From the NCBI GenBank assembly GCA_013374835.1, contig CP055307.1:279315-343314 (forward strand): a stretch of DNA of 64,000 nt. The letters are read 5' to 3'. Below, piece after piece: positions 37,652 to 47,900 of this stretch. Each line of letters opens with the position of its first letter. Position 1 is the stretch's first letter. Made by a program: the position numbers and the translations under genes. The notes under the pieces were generated by a model that saw nothing but the letters and a program-made list of their open reading frames with translations, ran no database searches and was not told the origin of the DNA. The stretch comes from Candidatus Woesebacteria bacterium (lineage in GTDB: Bacteria > Patescibacteriota > Microgenomatia > UBA8517).

Positions 37652-38278
37652 ATGAAAACAATAGGGAAATATCTAAAAGAAATTCGAATTAAAAAGGGGA
37701 TAAGCCTTGATAGACTTTCGGAGGAAACAAAAATTAAAAAGGAATTTATAAAAGCCTTGGAAAATGAAGATTGGGATAAACTTCCCGAGATGGCTGTTAC
37801 TATGGGCTTTGTAAAAAACATAGCGTCACATTTTGAGATTGATAAAGGTAAGGCGGCTGCTTTTTTGAGACGAGACTATCCACCTGAGCATGAGAGTTTG
37901 AATCCTAAACTAGATGCAACTGGAGGTTTTAGGTGGAGTCCTAGATTTACCTTTTTTTTGGGAGTAATTTTGATTGTAAGCGCTGCTGTTTTTTATTTGA
38001 TATTTCAGTATGTGCGTTTTAATTTGCCGCCGGAGCTTGTGATAGATACTCCAAAGGAAGGTGAGATTGTTGTGCAAAGGGTTGTAAAGGTTTCGGGAAA
38101 GACAGATTCCGGATCAAGCGTTGTGGTGAATAATCAGCCTGCGTTTGTTGATGATGAGGGTAATTTTGAAACAGAGGTTGAGGTTTCACCGGATACAGAT
38201 AAAATAAACGTTAGGGCTGTTTCGCGATCGGGAAAGTCCGTTTTGGTCGAAAGGAATATAGATGTTGTTTTAGAATAA
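37652..38278 (+). CDS. RodZ-like HTH (XRE) membrane protein
   Basis: N-terminal HTH (YLKEIRIKKGISLDRLSEETKIKKEFIKALE), a single transmembrane helix and a C-terminal extracytoplasmic domain. Confidence 0.55.
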   Translation: MKTIGKYLKEIRIKKGISLDRLSEETKIKKEFIKALENEDWDKLPEMAVTMGFVKNIASHFEIDKGKAAAFLRRDYPPEHESLNPKLDATGGFRWSPRFTFFLGVILIVSAAVFYLIFQYVRFNLPPELVIDTPKEGEIVVQRVVKVSGKTDSGSSVVVNNQPAFVDDEGNFETEVEVSPDTDKINVRAVSRSGKSVLVERNIDVVLE

Positions 38279-38280
38279 CT

Positions 38281-38541
38281 ATGGGGGATATTCAAACAGT
38301 TTTAATTTTAGTTGTGGTTGCACTTACTTTGCTTTTGATAATTGTTGGGATTCAGGTTGTTTTGATTATTGCCGATATGAGAAGGGCGCTTAAGAGATTA
38401 AACAGCATTCTTGATGATGCGATACTTGGTGGAGGGCTGATCAGCCCGGGAAGACTTACTGGGATTGTTGAAATGTTTAGAAGAAAAAAACATAAGAAAA
38501 TGAAGCAACATGGAGTTTCGGATAAAAGTTTGATTGAATAG
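38281..38541 (+). CDS. Small membrane protein, hypothetical
   Basis: 86 aa with one N-terminal transmembrane helix and a basic C-terminus. Confidence 0.35.
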   Translation: MGDIQTVLILVVVALTLLLIIVGIQVVLIIADMRRALKRLNSILDDAILGGGLISPGRLTGIVEMFRRKKHKKMKQHGVSDKSLIE

Positions 38542-38554
38542 TTTATAATTTGGC

Positions 38555-40351
38555 ATGAAAGTAGATGAGGTAAGAGCTTTATATCTTAATTATTTTAAAG
38601 CTCCACCCAGAAATCACAAGGAAATATCTGCATTTCCTTTGGTGATTGAAAATGATCCAACTACACTTTTTACATCGTCCGGGATGCAGCCTTTAGTTCC
38701 TTATCTTATGGGTGAAGCACATCCTTTGGGCAGAAGACTTGTGAATTCGCAACCTTCATTGCGTACTCAAGATATTGAGGAGGTTGGAGATAATAGGCAT
38801 ACTACTTTTTTTGAAATGCTTGGAAACTGGTCATTGGGGGATTATTTTAAGGAAGAGCAGCTTTCTTGGTTTTGGGAATTTTTGACCAAAAAGCTAAATT
38901 TGCCTAAAGAGAAGTTGTGGGTTAGTGTATTTGAGGGTGACGGAAAAATACCGAAAGATGAGACATCGTATTTTTTGTGGCGTAAGCTTGGGGTACCTTC
39001 TCGGCGCATATTTTATTATAAAGATAATTGGTGGAGTAGATTCGGAAAACCAGATGATATGCCTATTGGGGAGATGGGAGGACCCGATAGTGAGGTTTTT
39101 TTTGAGTTTGACGAAGTTAAGCACGATTTAAAGTACGGGAAAGAGTGCCACCCAGCATGTAGTTGTGGCAGGTTTCTTGAAATTGGAAATAACGTTTTTA
39201 TGCAATATTTAAAAAAGGATGATGGAGTTTTTTCAGAGTTGCCGCAGAAGAATATCGATTTTGGAGGAGGTCTTGAGAGGCTGACGGCTGCTTTTAACAA
39301 TAATCCGGATATATTTAAGATTGATGTTTTTGAGAAAATTATTAACGCTATTGAAAAGTATTCAGGCAAAAGTTATGGGGATAATTCTCGAGAGATGAGA
39401 ATAATGGCAGATCATTTAAGGGCGTGCGTGTTTTTGGCGGATTCGGGCATTACTCCTTCTAATAAACTTCAGGGATATGTTATGAGGAGGCTTTTGAGAA
39501 GGGCGGCTTTGATGGGGATGAATCTTAATCAAGATTTGTTTAATACTAAGCTTTTTTCAGATATTGTATTAACTGTTTATCAAACTTATGGAGGGGTGTT
39601 TCTTGATGAGACTAAAAAGGAAAACGCTGTTGAAATAATTTATGTAGAGATTGAGAAGTTTTCCAAAACTCTTTCGCGAGGGTTAAAAATAGTTGAAAAG
39701 CTTGAAAGAGTGGATGCAAAGACGGTATTTGATTTATATCAATCTTTTGGGTTTCCTTTCGAATTGATACAGGAGATTTTTGAAAAAAAGGGCTTGAATT
39801 TGGAAAGGAGTGCTTTTGATAGAATGCTTGCGGAACATAAAGAGAAAAGTAAAACTTTGAGTGCCGGAGTTTTTAAGGGGGGGCTGGCAGATTCAAAAGT
39901 GGAGAGCTTAAAGCTTCATACGGCTACTCATTTATTACATGAGTCCTTAAGGAGGGTTTTAGGGAAGGAAGTAGTTCAGAAAGGCAGTAATATTAATTCG
40001 AGCCGGTTGAGATTTGATTTTACTTATCCGACTTCCTTGAGCCGTGAGCAGATAAAAAAAATTGAGGCAATGGTTAATAAACAGATTGATAAAAATCTTG
40101 TAGTAACGTGTAAATTAATGCCTATTGAAAAGGCACAAAAGCAGGGTGCTTTGGCTTTTTTTAAGCATAAATATGGTGAATTAGTAAAGGTTTATTTTAT
40201 CGAAGATGAAAAAAGCGGAGAAGTGTTTTCAAAGGAGGTTTGTGGTGGTCCTCATGTTAAAAGGCTTTCGGAGATCGACGGACGTGTTAAAATTATTAAG
40301 GAAAAATCCGTTTCTCACGGAGTACGAAGGATATATGCTATTATTGAATAA
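38555..40351 (+). CDS. alaS: Alanyl-tRNA synthetase, truncated form (catalytic, tRNA-recognition and editing domains; no C-Ala/DHHA1 domain)
   Basis: FTSSGMQP...HTTFFEMLGNWSLGDYFK class II core. Editing-domain HTATHLLH and CGGPH motifs near the C-terminus. 598 aa. Confidence 0.8.
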   Translation: MKVDEVRALYLNYFKAPPRNHKEISAFPLVIENDPTTLFTSSGMQPLVPYLMGEAHPLGRRLVNSQPSLRTQDIEEVGDNRHTTFFEMLGNWSLGDYFKEEQLSWFWEFLTKKLNLPKEKLWVSVFEGDGKIPKDETSYFLWRKLGVPSRRIFYYKDNWWSRFGKPDDMPIGEMGGPDSEVFFEFDEVKHDLKYGKECHPACSCGRFLEIGNNVFMQYLKKDDGVFSELPQKNIDFGGGLERLTAAFNNNPDIFKIDVFEKIINAIEKYSGKSYGDNSREMRIMADHLRACVFLADSGITPSNKLQGYVMRRLLRRAALMGMNLNQDLFNTKLFSDIVLTVYQTYGGVFLDETKKENAVEIIYVEIEKFSKTLSRGLKIVEKLERVDAKTVFDLYQSFGFPFELIQEIFEKKGLNLERSAFDRMLAEHKEKSKTLSAGVFKGGLADSKVESLKLHTATHLLHESLRRVLGKEVVQKGSNINSSRLRFDFTYPTSLSREQIKKIEAMVNKQIDKNLVVTCKLMPIEKAQKQGALAFFKHKYGELVKVYFIEDEKSGEVFSKEVCGGPHVKRLSEIDGRVKIIKEKSVSHGVRRIYAIIE

Positions 40352-40359
40352 ATTACTTC

Positions 40360-42546
40360 ATGGATAGCAAAAAACAAGAATATTATTGGTCGCTTGCAAT
40401 TGAACCAGGGTGGATTCAAGCTGCAATTTGGACAATTGAAGAAAGGCGGGCAAAAGTAATGATTATTAGTTCTTCTGTTGCCTGGGGTGATGATACCGAG
40501 CTTATTGAGGCATGTAATTCAGCGCTTTCGTCCGCTTCACAGAATTATCCAGAAGAATTGATTGAGCCAAGTAAGACCGTTTTTGGTGTGGCTCCTTTTT
40601 GGGTTTCTGATGGGCAGATTAAAAAAGAGTATTTGGAGAAGATAAAAGAGGTATGTTCGAAACTTTCTTTGGAGCCATCGGGTTTTGTGGTTTTACCGGA
40701 GGCAATTTCTCATGCGATTAAGCTTGATGAGGGAACACCTTTTTCTGGGATTGTAATTGGTTATGGCAAGGAAATGCTTGATGTAACTTTGTTTAAGCTT
40801 GGAAATATTGCAGGTACTGTAAATATCGGAAGAAGCGTTTCTTTTGCAGATGATGTTATCGAGGGGCTTGCAAGGTTTTATACAGGCGAGAATTTTCCTT
40901 CAAGAATAATTATTTACAATGGAAAAGAAGCCGAGCTTGAGGAAGCAAGGCAGCACATTATTGATGTAGATTGGTTTGAAAAGAGTGAGGGTAAAGTGAA
41001 ATTTTTACATACTCCTAAGATTGAGATATTTTCTCCAGAGAAAAAATTAACAGCGGTTTGTCTTGCTGGAGCATCTGAATTCGGAGAGATAGAAGGCCTT
41101 GTGAAAGCGGAAAATGAAGAGAAAGAGAATTTACAAGTCGATGAGGATGTGGAAGACAGTAAAGAGATGAATTTTTCTCAAATAAACTCAGTTGATCCAC
41201 GGGATGTAGGATTTGTTTTTGGTGGTGATGTATCGAAAATAGAAAAAATAACTGCCGAGTCTGAAGAAGCGGGTGTGGAGCAGGAGTATATGTCTGAAAA
41301 GAAAAATGGTTTTTTAAAAAGAGTTGCAGGTTTTAACCATTTGCTGAGGTTTAAAAAACCTGTTTTAAGATTCCGAAGTTTTCCTAGGAAGGTGCTGCCT
41401 TTTGAAGGTTTGGGTAGGATTTTATTTATTGTATTGGTTTTGAGTCTTATAGGATTTTTTACGGCTTGGTGGTTTTTGCCGAAGGCTAGTGTTGTTATTT
41501 TTGTTTCTCCAAAGCTTCTTTCAGAGAGTGTCGGCGTTACTTTTGAGAAAGGTTTGGCTCAGGCTAATTATGATAAGTTTTTGTTGCCTGCAGAGACTGT
41601 AATTGTTGAGGTTAGTGGAAAAAAGACAAAAAATGCAAGCGGGACTAAGACGGTTGGCGATAAGGCAAAGGGTGTTGTAAAAGTTAGAAATGGAACCTCA
41701 TCCACTATCAAGCTTTCTGAGGGGACTGTTTTGATTGGCCCTGGAGAATTAAAATTTAGTTTAGATGAATCGACGTCGGTTTCTGCTGCCGAGAGCCCCT
41801 CGTCGCCCGGGACTGAGGATGTAAATGTTACTGCAGAAGATATTGGTGCAGAATACAATCTTGCAAAAGATGAATCTTTTTCGGTTGGCAATTATCCCAA
41901 AAGCGAAGTTGATGCTGTGGCAAAAGAAGATTTCAGCGGTGGCTCGAGTAAAGACATTGTGGCGGTATCACAAGACGATATTGATAAGTTGAAAGAGGAT
42001 CTTATAGATGAGCTTAAAAAACAGGGTATGGATAAAATTAGTGGACAGATAGGGAAAGATAAGATTTTTATTGAAGAAGATGGGGCTTTTGAGTACGAAA
42101 TTGTGTCAGAGGAGTATAGTCACAAGGTGGGAGAGGAGAGTGGAAGCGTGGAGTTATTGATGACTTTGAAACTTGAAGGACTGGTAATTTCAAAGAGCGC
42201 TATGAATGAGCTCTCAAAAAGACGGCTTGAGTCGCAAGTGCCTGAAGGATATACTTTGAAAGAGGAACAGCTTAATATAAGTTATTCTTTTCAAGGCTCT
42301 GGGTCTTCTTATTGGGATTTTGATGTTACTATTAAAGCAAATCTTCTTCCGCGAGTTGAACCTGATGAAATAAAGAAGAATATAGCTGGTAAAAGTTTTG
42401 ATAGAGTTAATGAGTATTTAGAGACGATACCTGGGTTTACGCGTTCCGAGATTAGTGTGAAGTACAAATTTCCTTGGATTTTTGGAGTTATCCCAAGGAT
42501 GCATAAGAATATAAATATAGAGACAATAGCTGATAGAAATGTTTAA
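40360..42546 (+). CDS. FtsA/PilM-like actin-fold ATPase domain fused to a transmembrane helix and a large extracytoplasmic domain
   Basis: The N-terminal ~330 aa show the actin-like pattern: WSLAIEPGWIQAAIWTI..., VLPEAISHAIKL...SGIVIGYGKEMLDVTLFKLGNIAGTVNIGRS. A transmembrane helix follows (LGRILFIVLVLSLIGFFTAWWFL), then a ~350-aa domain of unknown type. Confidence 0.4.
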   Translation: MDSKKQEYYWSLAIEPGWIQAAIWTIEERRAKVMIISSSVAWGDDTELIEACNSALSSASQNYPEELIEPSKTVFGVAPFWVSDGQIKKEYLEKIKEVCSKLSLEPSGFVVLPEAISHAIKLDEGTPFSGIVIGYGKEMLDVTLFKLGNIAGTVNIGRSVSFADDVIEGLARFYTGENFPSRIIIYNGKEAELEEARQHIIDVDWFEKSEGKVKFLHTPKIEIFSPEKKLTAVCLAGASEFGEIEGLVKAENEEKENLQVDEDVEDSKEMNFSQINSVDPRDVGFVFGGDVSKIEKITAESEEAGVEQEYMSEKKNGFLKRVAGFNHLLRFKKPVLRFRSFPRKVLPFEGLGRILFIVLVLSLIGFFTAWWFLPKASVVIFVSPKLLSESVGVTFEKGLAQANYDKFLLPAETVIVEVSGKKTKNASGTKTVGDKAKGVVKVRNGTSSTIKLSEGTVLIGPGELKFSLDESTSVSAAESPSSPGTEDVNVTAEDIGAEYNLAKDESFSVGNYPKSEVDAVAKEDFSGGSSKDIVAVSQDDIDKLKEDLIDELKKQGMDKISGQIGKDKIFIEEDGAFEYEIVSEEYSHKVGEESGSVELLMTLKLEGLVISKSAMNELSKRRLESQVPEGYTLKEEQLNISYSFQGSGSSYWDFDVTIKANLLPRVEPDEIKKNIAGKSFDRVNEYLETIPGFTRSEISVKYKFPWIFGVIPRMHKNINIETIADRNV

Positions 42547-42548
42547 AG

Positions 42549-43217
42549 ATGAAGAAAAAGTCAATAAAGTTTTTGGGAATAGTGTCTTTTTTATCTGGGA
42601 TTGGCTTGCTTTTTTATGTTTTATATCCTATTTTTTCTTATGAGATAGTAAGTAGTTTAAAATATCCTACTTATTTATCTCCGGTTCCTGAAGGACAGGT
42701 TTATGGGGCTGGTAAGCAAGATGTCGATTTTACAAAAGCAAGCAACTGGTTGCCCTTGAAAGAAACGAATTTTGATGAAGCAAGTGCTAAATATTATACT
42801 TTATCAATACCTTCATTGGATATAAAGAATGCAACTGTTTCTATAGGCGGGGAGGATTTATCTAAGTCGTTGATACAGTATCCAGGCACTGCTTATCCAG
42901 GTAGGCGTGGTAATGCTGTGGTATTTGGGCATTCTGTGCTTCCCCAATTTTTTAATCCCGAGGATTATCTTACAATATTTTCAACCTTACCTACTATTAA
43001 GAAGAATGATTCTATTTTTATTGAACATGACGGGATTACTTATGAATATAAAGTGGAAAGTTCGTTTGAGGTGCTGCCTACTGACATTCAGATACTTGAG
43101 CAGAATACAAGTGATTCGTTTTTAACGCTTGTAACCTGTGTGCCGCCTGGGCATCCGCTTCGTCCCAAAAGATTAATTGTGCGTGCAAGAGTTGTTCCTT
43201 TTGGCGAGAGGATATGA
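42549..43217 (+). CDS. Sortase family transpeptidase
   Basis: N-terminal transmembrane anchor, His in VVFGHSVL, catalytic Cys in LTLVTCVPP and Arg in RLIVRA. Confidence 0.75.
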   Translation: MKKKSIKFLGIVSFLSGIGLLFYVLYPIFSYEIVSSLKYPTYLSPVPEGQVYGAGKQDVDFTKASNWLPLKETNFDEASAKYYTLSIPSLDIKNATVSIGGEDLSKSLIQYPGTAYPGRRGNAVVFGHSVLPQFFNPEDYLTIFSTLPTIKKNDSIFIEHDGITYEYKVESSFEVLPTDIQILEQNTSDSFLTLVTCVPPGHPLRPKRLIVRARVVPFGERI

Positions 43218-43603
43218 TGAGAAATTATTTGGGTATTGATTATGGTGAGAAAAGAACGGGTGTGGCTTTGTCTTTTGGGAAATTTGGAGAGCCTTATTGC
43301 GTGTTGGAGCATAAAGATGATTTAGAACTTATCACAAAGATAATAGGTATTATAAAAGAAAAGAAAATTGATGAGATTGTGGTGGGTGTATCCGAGGGTG
43401 AGATGGGTGGAAAACAGAGGGAGTTTGCTAATTTACTAAAGCGTAAAAGTGGCAAAAAAGTTCATCTTGTTGATGAGACTTTAAGTAGTGTTGAGGCTTT
43501 AGATAAGGCTATTAAAGCCGGTAAGAGTAGGAAAAAAAGGAGAAATTTTTTGGATGCATATTCTGCCTCATTGATTTTGGAGAGGTTTTTTGATTATAAT
43601 TAG
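43214..43603 (+). CDS. ruvX: Putative pre-16S rRNA nuclease / Holliday junction resolvase-like RuvX (YqgF)
   Basis: YLGIDYGEKRTGVALS...IDEIVVGVSEGEMGG...VHLVDETLSS...DAYSASLILERFF. Confidence 0.8.
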   Translation: MMRNYLGIDYGEKRTGVALSFGKFGEPYCVLEHKDDLELITKIIGIIKEKKIDEIVVGVSEGEMGGKQREFANLLKRKSGKKVHLVDETLSSVEALDKAIKAGKSRKKRRNFLDAYSASLILERFFDYN

Positions 43604-43610
43604 ATAATTT

Positions 43611-43817
43611 ATGATTAAAAGCGTAATTGCTCCAATTCAAGCTTGGCTTTTGAGTCAAGGAAAGTGTGTAGGATGCGGGCGTGAGCTTAGTAAGGGAAAG
43701 CTGGAAAATTTTAAAAAGGGATACAAAAAGGTTACTTGCAAAAAATGCGGCAGGATTTTTATTTTTGATGAAAAAAAGAAAACATATCGCAGGGCGCTTC
43801 TTGATGAAGTTTCTTAA
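43611..43817 (+). CDS. Small zinc-ribbon protein (2x CxxC), hypothetical
   Basis: CVGCGRE...CKKCGR in 68 aa. It overlaps the mltG start by 14 nt. Confidence 0.35.
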   Translation: MIKSVIAPIQAWLLSQGKCVGCGRELSKGKLENFKKGYKKVTCKKCGRIFIFDEKKKTYRRALLDEVS

Positions 43818-44802
43818 ATTATTAATAATAGTTATTTTATTTTTTGTTTTATTTGTTAGTGGTTTGGTGTTTTGGTGGACAAATGCTACAGAAGCACCGA
43901 GTGTAGAACCTATTGAAAAACGATTTATTATTGTTAAGGGTTCTTCTGCTAAAGAAATAGCCGAAGATCTTTATGATCAGGGCTTAATTAAGAGTAAATT
44001 GGCGTTTAAAATTTATGTACAGTTTAAAGGTTTGTCAAAAAGTATACCCCCAGGTGAGTTTGATTTGAAGAATAATCTCTCTCTTTTTAGGCTTGTAAAC
44101 GAACTTTTATCTGGGCCAAGTGAGTTTTGGGTAACTATTCCCGAAGGATTGAGGCGTGAACAGTACCCAATGCTGTTTATCAAATCTTTGGGTATTAAGG
44201 GAGAGCGCGCAGAAGAGTTTGTTGAGAGCTTTTTGGAGGCTTCTGCCGGAATGGAGGGATATTTGTTTCCTGATACTTATCTTTTTCCCGGTGATGTTCA
44301 GGCTTTTCAAGTGGTCGAAGTTTTAAGAAATACTTTTGACAAAAAGTTTGACATAGGTACGCGTCCAACGGAGCTTAGTTTAGATGAAGTTGTTATTCTG
44401 GCTTCTATTATCGAAAGAGAGACCCGGAATTCTGACGAACGGGAGGATGTTGCTGGTGTTTATATGAAAAGGATTGAATCCGGCTGGACTTTGGATGCTG
44501 ATGCGACCGTTCAATATGCCGTTGCCAGCGAACGTTGTAGCGGGCGGGAATTAGAAGATTGTGATTGGTGGCCAAGGCCATTAACCAAAGAAGATTTGGA
44601 TTCTTTGTCGATTTACAATACTTATAAATATGTAGGGCTTCCTCCTTCTCCGATTGCGAATCCCGGTCTTTCTTCTTTGGAGGCGGTTTTAAATTATAGA
44701 GATAATGAGTATTGGTTTTATGTTCATGATTTAGAGGGAAATATACATTTTGCAAAGACGCTTAAAGAGCATAATGACAATGTAGACAAATATTTACGTT
44801 GA
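43804..44802 (+). CDS. mltG: Endolytic murein transglycosylase MltG (YceG family)
   Basis: N-terminal transmembrane anchor, then VTIPEGLRREQ, EGYLFPDTY, ASIIERET and TVQYA motifs. The start is set at MKFLKLLII rather than the track start at 43681. Confidence 0.8.
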   Translation: MKFLKLLIIVILFFVLFVSGLVFWWTNATEAPSVEPIEKRFIIVKGSSAKEIAEDLYDQGLIKSKLAFKIYVQFKGLSKSIPPGEFDLKNNLSLFRLVNELLSGPSEFWVTIPEGLRREQYPMLFIKSLGIKGERAEEFVESFLEASAGMEGYLFPDTYLFPGDVQAFQVVEVLRNTFDKKFDIGTRPTELSLDEVVILASIIERETRNSDEREDVAGVYMKRIESGWTLDADATVQYAVASERCSGRELEDCDWWPRPLTKEDLDSLSIYNTYKYVGLPPSPIANPGLSSLEAVLNYRDNEYWFYVHDLEGNIHFAKTLKEHNDNVDKYLR

Positions 44803-44822
44803 TGGTAACTTATAGTTTATAC

Positions 44823-44850
44823 TTGACATGTAATTTGTCTTTAGTATAAT
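44823..44850 (+). promoter_or_regulatory. Consensus sigma70 promoter TTGACA-16-TATAAT driving rpoBC
   Basis: Perfect hexamers at 44823-44828 and 44845-44850, about 85 nt upstream of the rpoBC ATG. Confidence 0.65.
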
Positions 44851-44935
44851 TCAGACTAGGCGTACTGGAGTAGGCTAAATTGGCTCGCGACAGCGGGCAT
44901 TTTATTTACTCCCAAAAAAGGAATTTATATACCTC

Positions 44936-47900
44936 ATGGCGGATAACAATAAGCGGCGTAATTTTGGTAAAGAGGAGAAAAACCTGCCAGAGCTTGATTT
45001 ATCTCTTATTCAGAGAGAAAGTTGGCAGTGGTTTTTGTCGGAGGGAATTGCTTCTGAAATTTCTCAGATAAGTCCTATTGATGATTTTACCGGCAAGAAT
45101 TGGCAGCTTGTTTTGGGCGAGCATACTCTTGAGGAGCCTGAAATTAATCCAAAGAGTGCTATTGAAAAAGGTTTAACATATTCGGCTCCGTTTAAGATTC
45201 AGACAAGTCTGATTAATAAAAATACCGGTGAGAGAATTGACCAAGAGGTGTTTTTGGGCAATCTTCCCCAAATGACGGCTTCCGGGACGTTTATTATAAA
45301 CGGTATAGAAAGAGCCGTCATTAATCAGCTTGTAAGATCATCCGGTGTTTATTTTTCGGGAGAACAGGATACAACTTCCGGGCGGATGCTTTATATGGCT
45401 GAAGTAAGGCCTCTTCGTGGCAGTTGGCTTGAGTTTGAAATAAATAAAAACGATGTTATATGGGCAAGAATTGATAAAAGAAGAAAAATAAATGCGGCTA
45501 CAATTCTTCGTGCACTTGGTTATGAAAATAATAAGGATATTTTGAATTTATTTACGGATGTAGATACAGACAAAGAACATCAGTATATAAAAACAACTTT
45601 GGCAAAAGATTTATCTTCGACTCGTGAAGAAGCGCTTTTGGAAATTTATAGGAAGTTAAGGCCAGGGGAGCCGGCTGTCTTGGAAAATGCCGAGGGTTTG
45701 TTTAATAGTTTGTTTTTTGATCACAGAAGGTATGACTTGGGTCGTGTGGGGAGATATAAGATAAACAAGAAGCTTGGGCAGGATGTTCCGAACGATGAAC
45801 AAAATTGGGTTTTGATAAAGGAGGACTTTGTAAACACGATATCTTATCTGATTGGTCTTCAAAACGGTGTGGGTGAAATTGACGATATTGATCATCTTGC
45901 GAATAGAAGATTAAGAAGAGTCGGTGAGCTTGTAGCTACTCATGCATTTAGGGTGGGGCTTTTGAGACTCGAAAGATCCGTTAAGGAGAAGATGAGCCTT
46001 ATCTCACCAGATGATAAACCTCAGCCTCAGAATCTTATTAATGCAAGGCCTTTGATTGCTTCAATTAACGAGTTTTTTAGGTCAAATCAGCTTTCGACAA
46101 TACTTGATGATACAAACCCTTTAAGCGAGATTGATAATCTAAGGCGCGTAACGGTTTTGGGTCCTGGAGGTATAAATCGAGAAAGGGCTTCGTTTTCAAT
46201 ACGTGATATTAATTCTTCCCAGTATGGAAGGATTGATCCTGTAAGAAGTCCTGAGGGTCCGAATATTGGACTTGTTACTTATCTTGCTTTATATGCTCAT
46301 ATAAATGAGTATGGTTTTATTGAATCTCCTTATAGAAAAGTAGAAAAGGTAAAGGTAAAAGGAAAAACAGAGGTAAGGGTAACTGATGAGACGGTTTATT
46401 TAACGGCCGATGATGAAGAGAATTATCATATTACACACTCGGATGTGACGCTTGATAAGCGCGGATTTATCCAAGAAAAAAGACTTGCTTATAGATATAA
46501 AGGAGCTTTTATGGAGGGACCGTCTAGTTTGGTTGATTTAATTGATTTGACTCCCAGGCAGGTGTTTGGCGTTTCTGCGGCCTTAATTCCATTTTTGCCA
46601 AATGACCATGGGAATAGAGCTCTTATGGGTAGCAATATGCAGTGTCAGGCTGTTCCTTTGATCAAACCTTCTTCGCCAGTTATTGGCACAGGTATGGAGG
46701 AGATTGTGGCTGGAGCGATGGGTAGAGTAATAAGAGCTTTTTATCCTGGAACAGTAACGTATGTTGATGCCGAGCGGATTGATGTGGAGCTTGAAAAGAA
46801 AATTGAGAGTAATGGAAATTATGGAGCTAATATTGAGATAAGCGACGGTGGTAAAAAGATAACTTATTTTTTGACTAAGTTTAAGAGGACTTCGCAGTCA
46901 ACGTCTTATAATCAGAAGGCAGTAGTAAATGTTGGAGCTAAGGTTAAAAAAGGAGATCTTTTAGCAGACGGACCTTCTTGTGAATTAGGAGAGCTTGCTT
47001 TGGGGCAGAATTTGGTTATAGCTTATGCAAGTTTTGAAGGATATGGATTTGAGGATGCAATTTTGGTTTCCAGCAGACTTGTAGAGGATGATCTTTTGAC
47101 ATCGGTTCATATTAAGGAATATCAAGCAGATGTTGTAGAAACTAAATTGGGTCCTGAGGAGTTGACTCGGGATATTCCAAACGTTGCCGAGCAGGAGCTC
47201 GCTAATCTTGCCGAGGACGGGATTGTTGTGATAGGTGCTGAAGTGGGGCCGAATGATATTCTGGTTGGAAAAATTGCACCTAAAGGCGAAACGGAATTAA
47301 CCTCGGAAGAGAGGCTTCTAAGAGCTATTTTTGGAGAAAAGGCTCGTGAAGTTAGGGATACTTCTTTGAGAGTTCCACACGGAGAAGGTGGTATAGTTGT
47401 TGATGTGAATATTTTAGATAAAGATAAGGGTGACGAGTTGGGTCCAGGAGTGATAAAAAGCGTGATCGTAAAAGTTGCGCAGCTTAGAAAGGTGATGGTT
47501 GGAGATAAATTAGCCGGTAGGCATGGAAATAAAGGTGTGATTGCACGTATTCTTCCTGAGGAGGATATGCCATATTTGGAAGACGGAACTCCGGTTGACA
47601 TAATTATTTCTCCATTATCTGTGTTGGCTCGTATGAATTTGGGACAGCTTCTTGAAGTTCATCTTGGATGGGCTTTGAGTAAAAAGGGCGAGAAAGGTGC
47701 AATTCCTGTTTTTGATCGTATATCTGAGGATGTAATTACAAAGGAGCTTAAATCAGCGGGGCTTCCGGTTGACGGTAAAGCAAAGCTTTTTGATGGTAGG
47801 ACGGGTGAAGCTTTTGAGGAGAATACAGTGGTTGGTGTGGGTTATATCCTTAAACTTAAGCATATGATTGAGGATAAAACCCATGCTCGTTCGACTGGGC

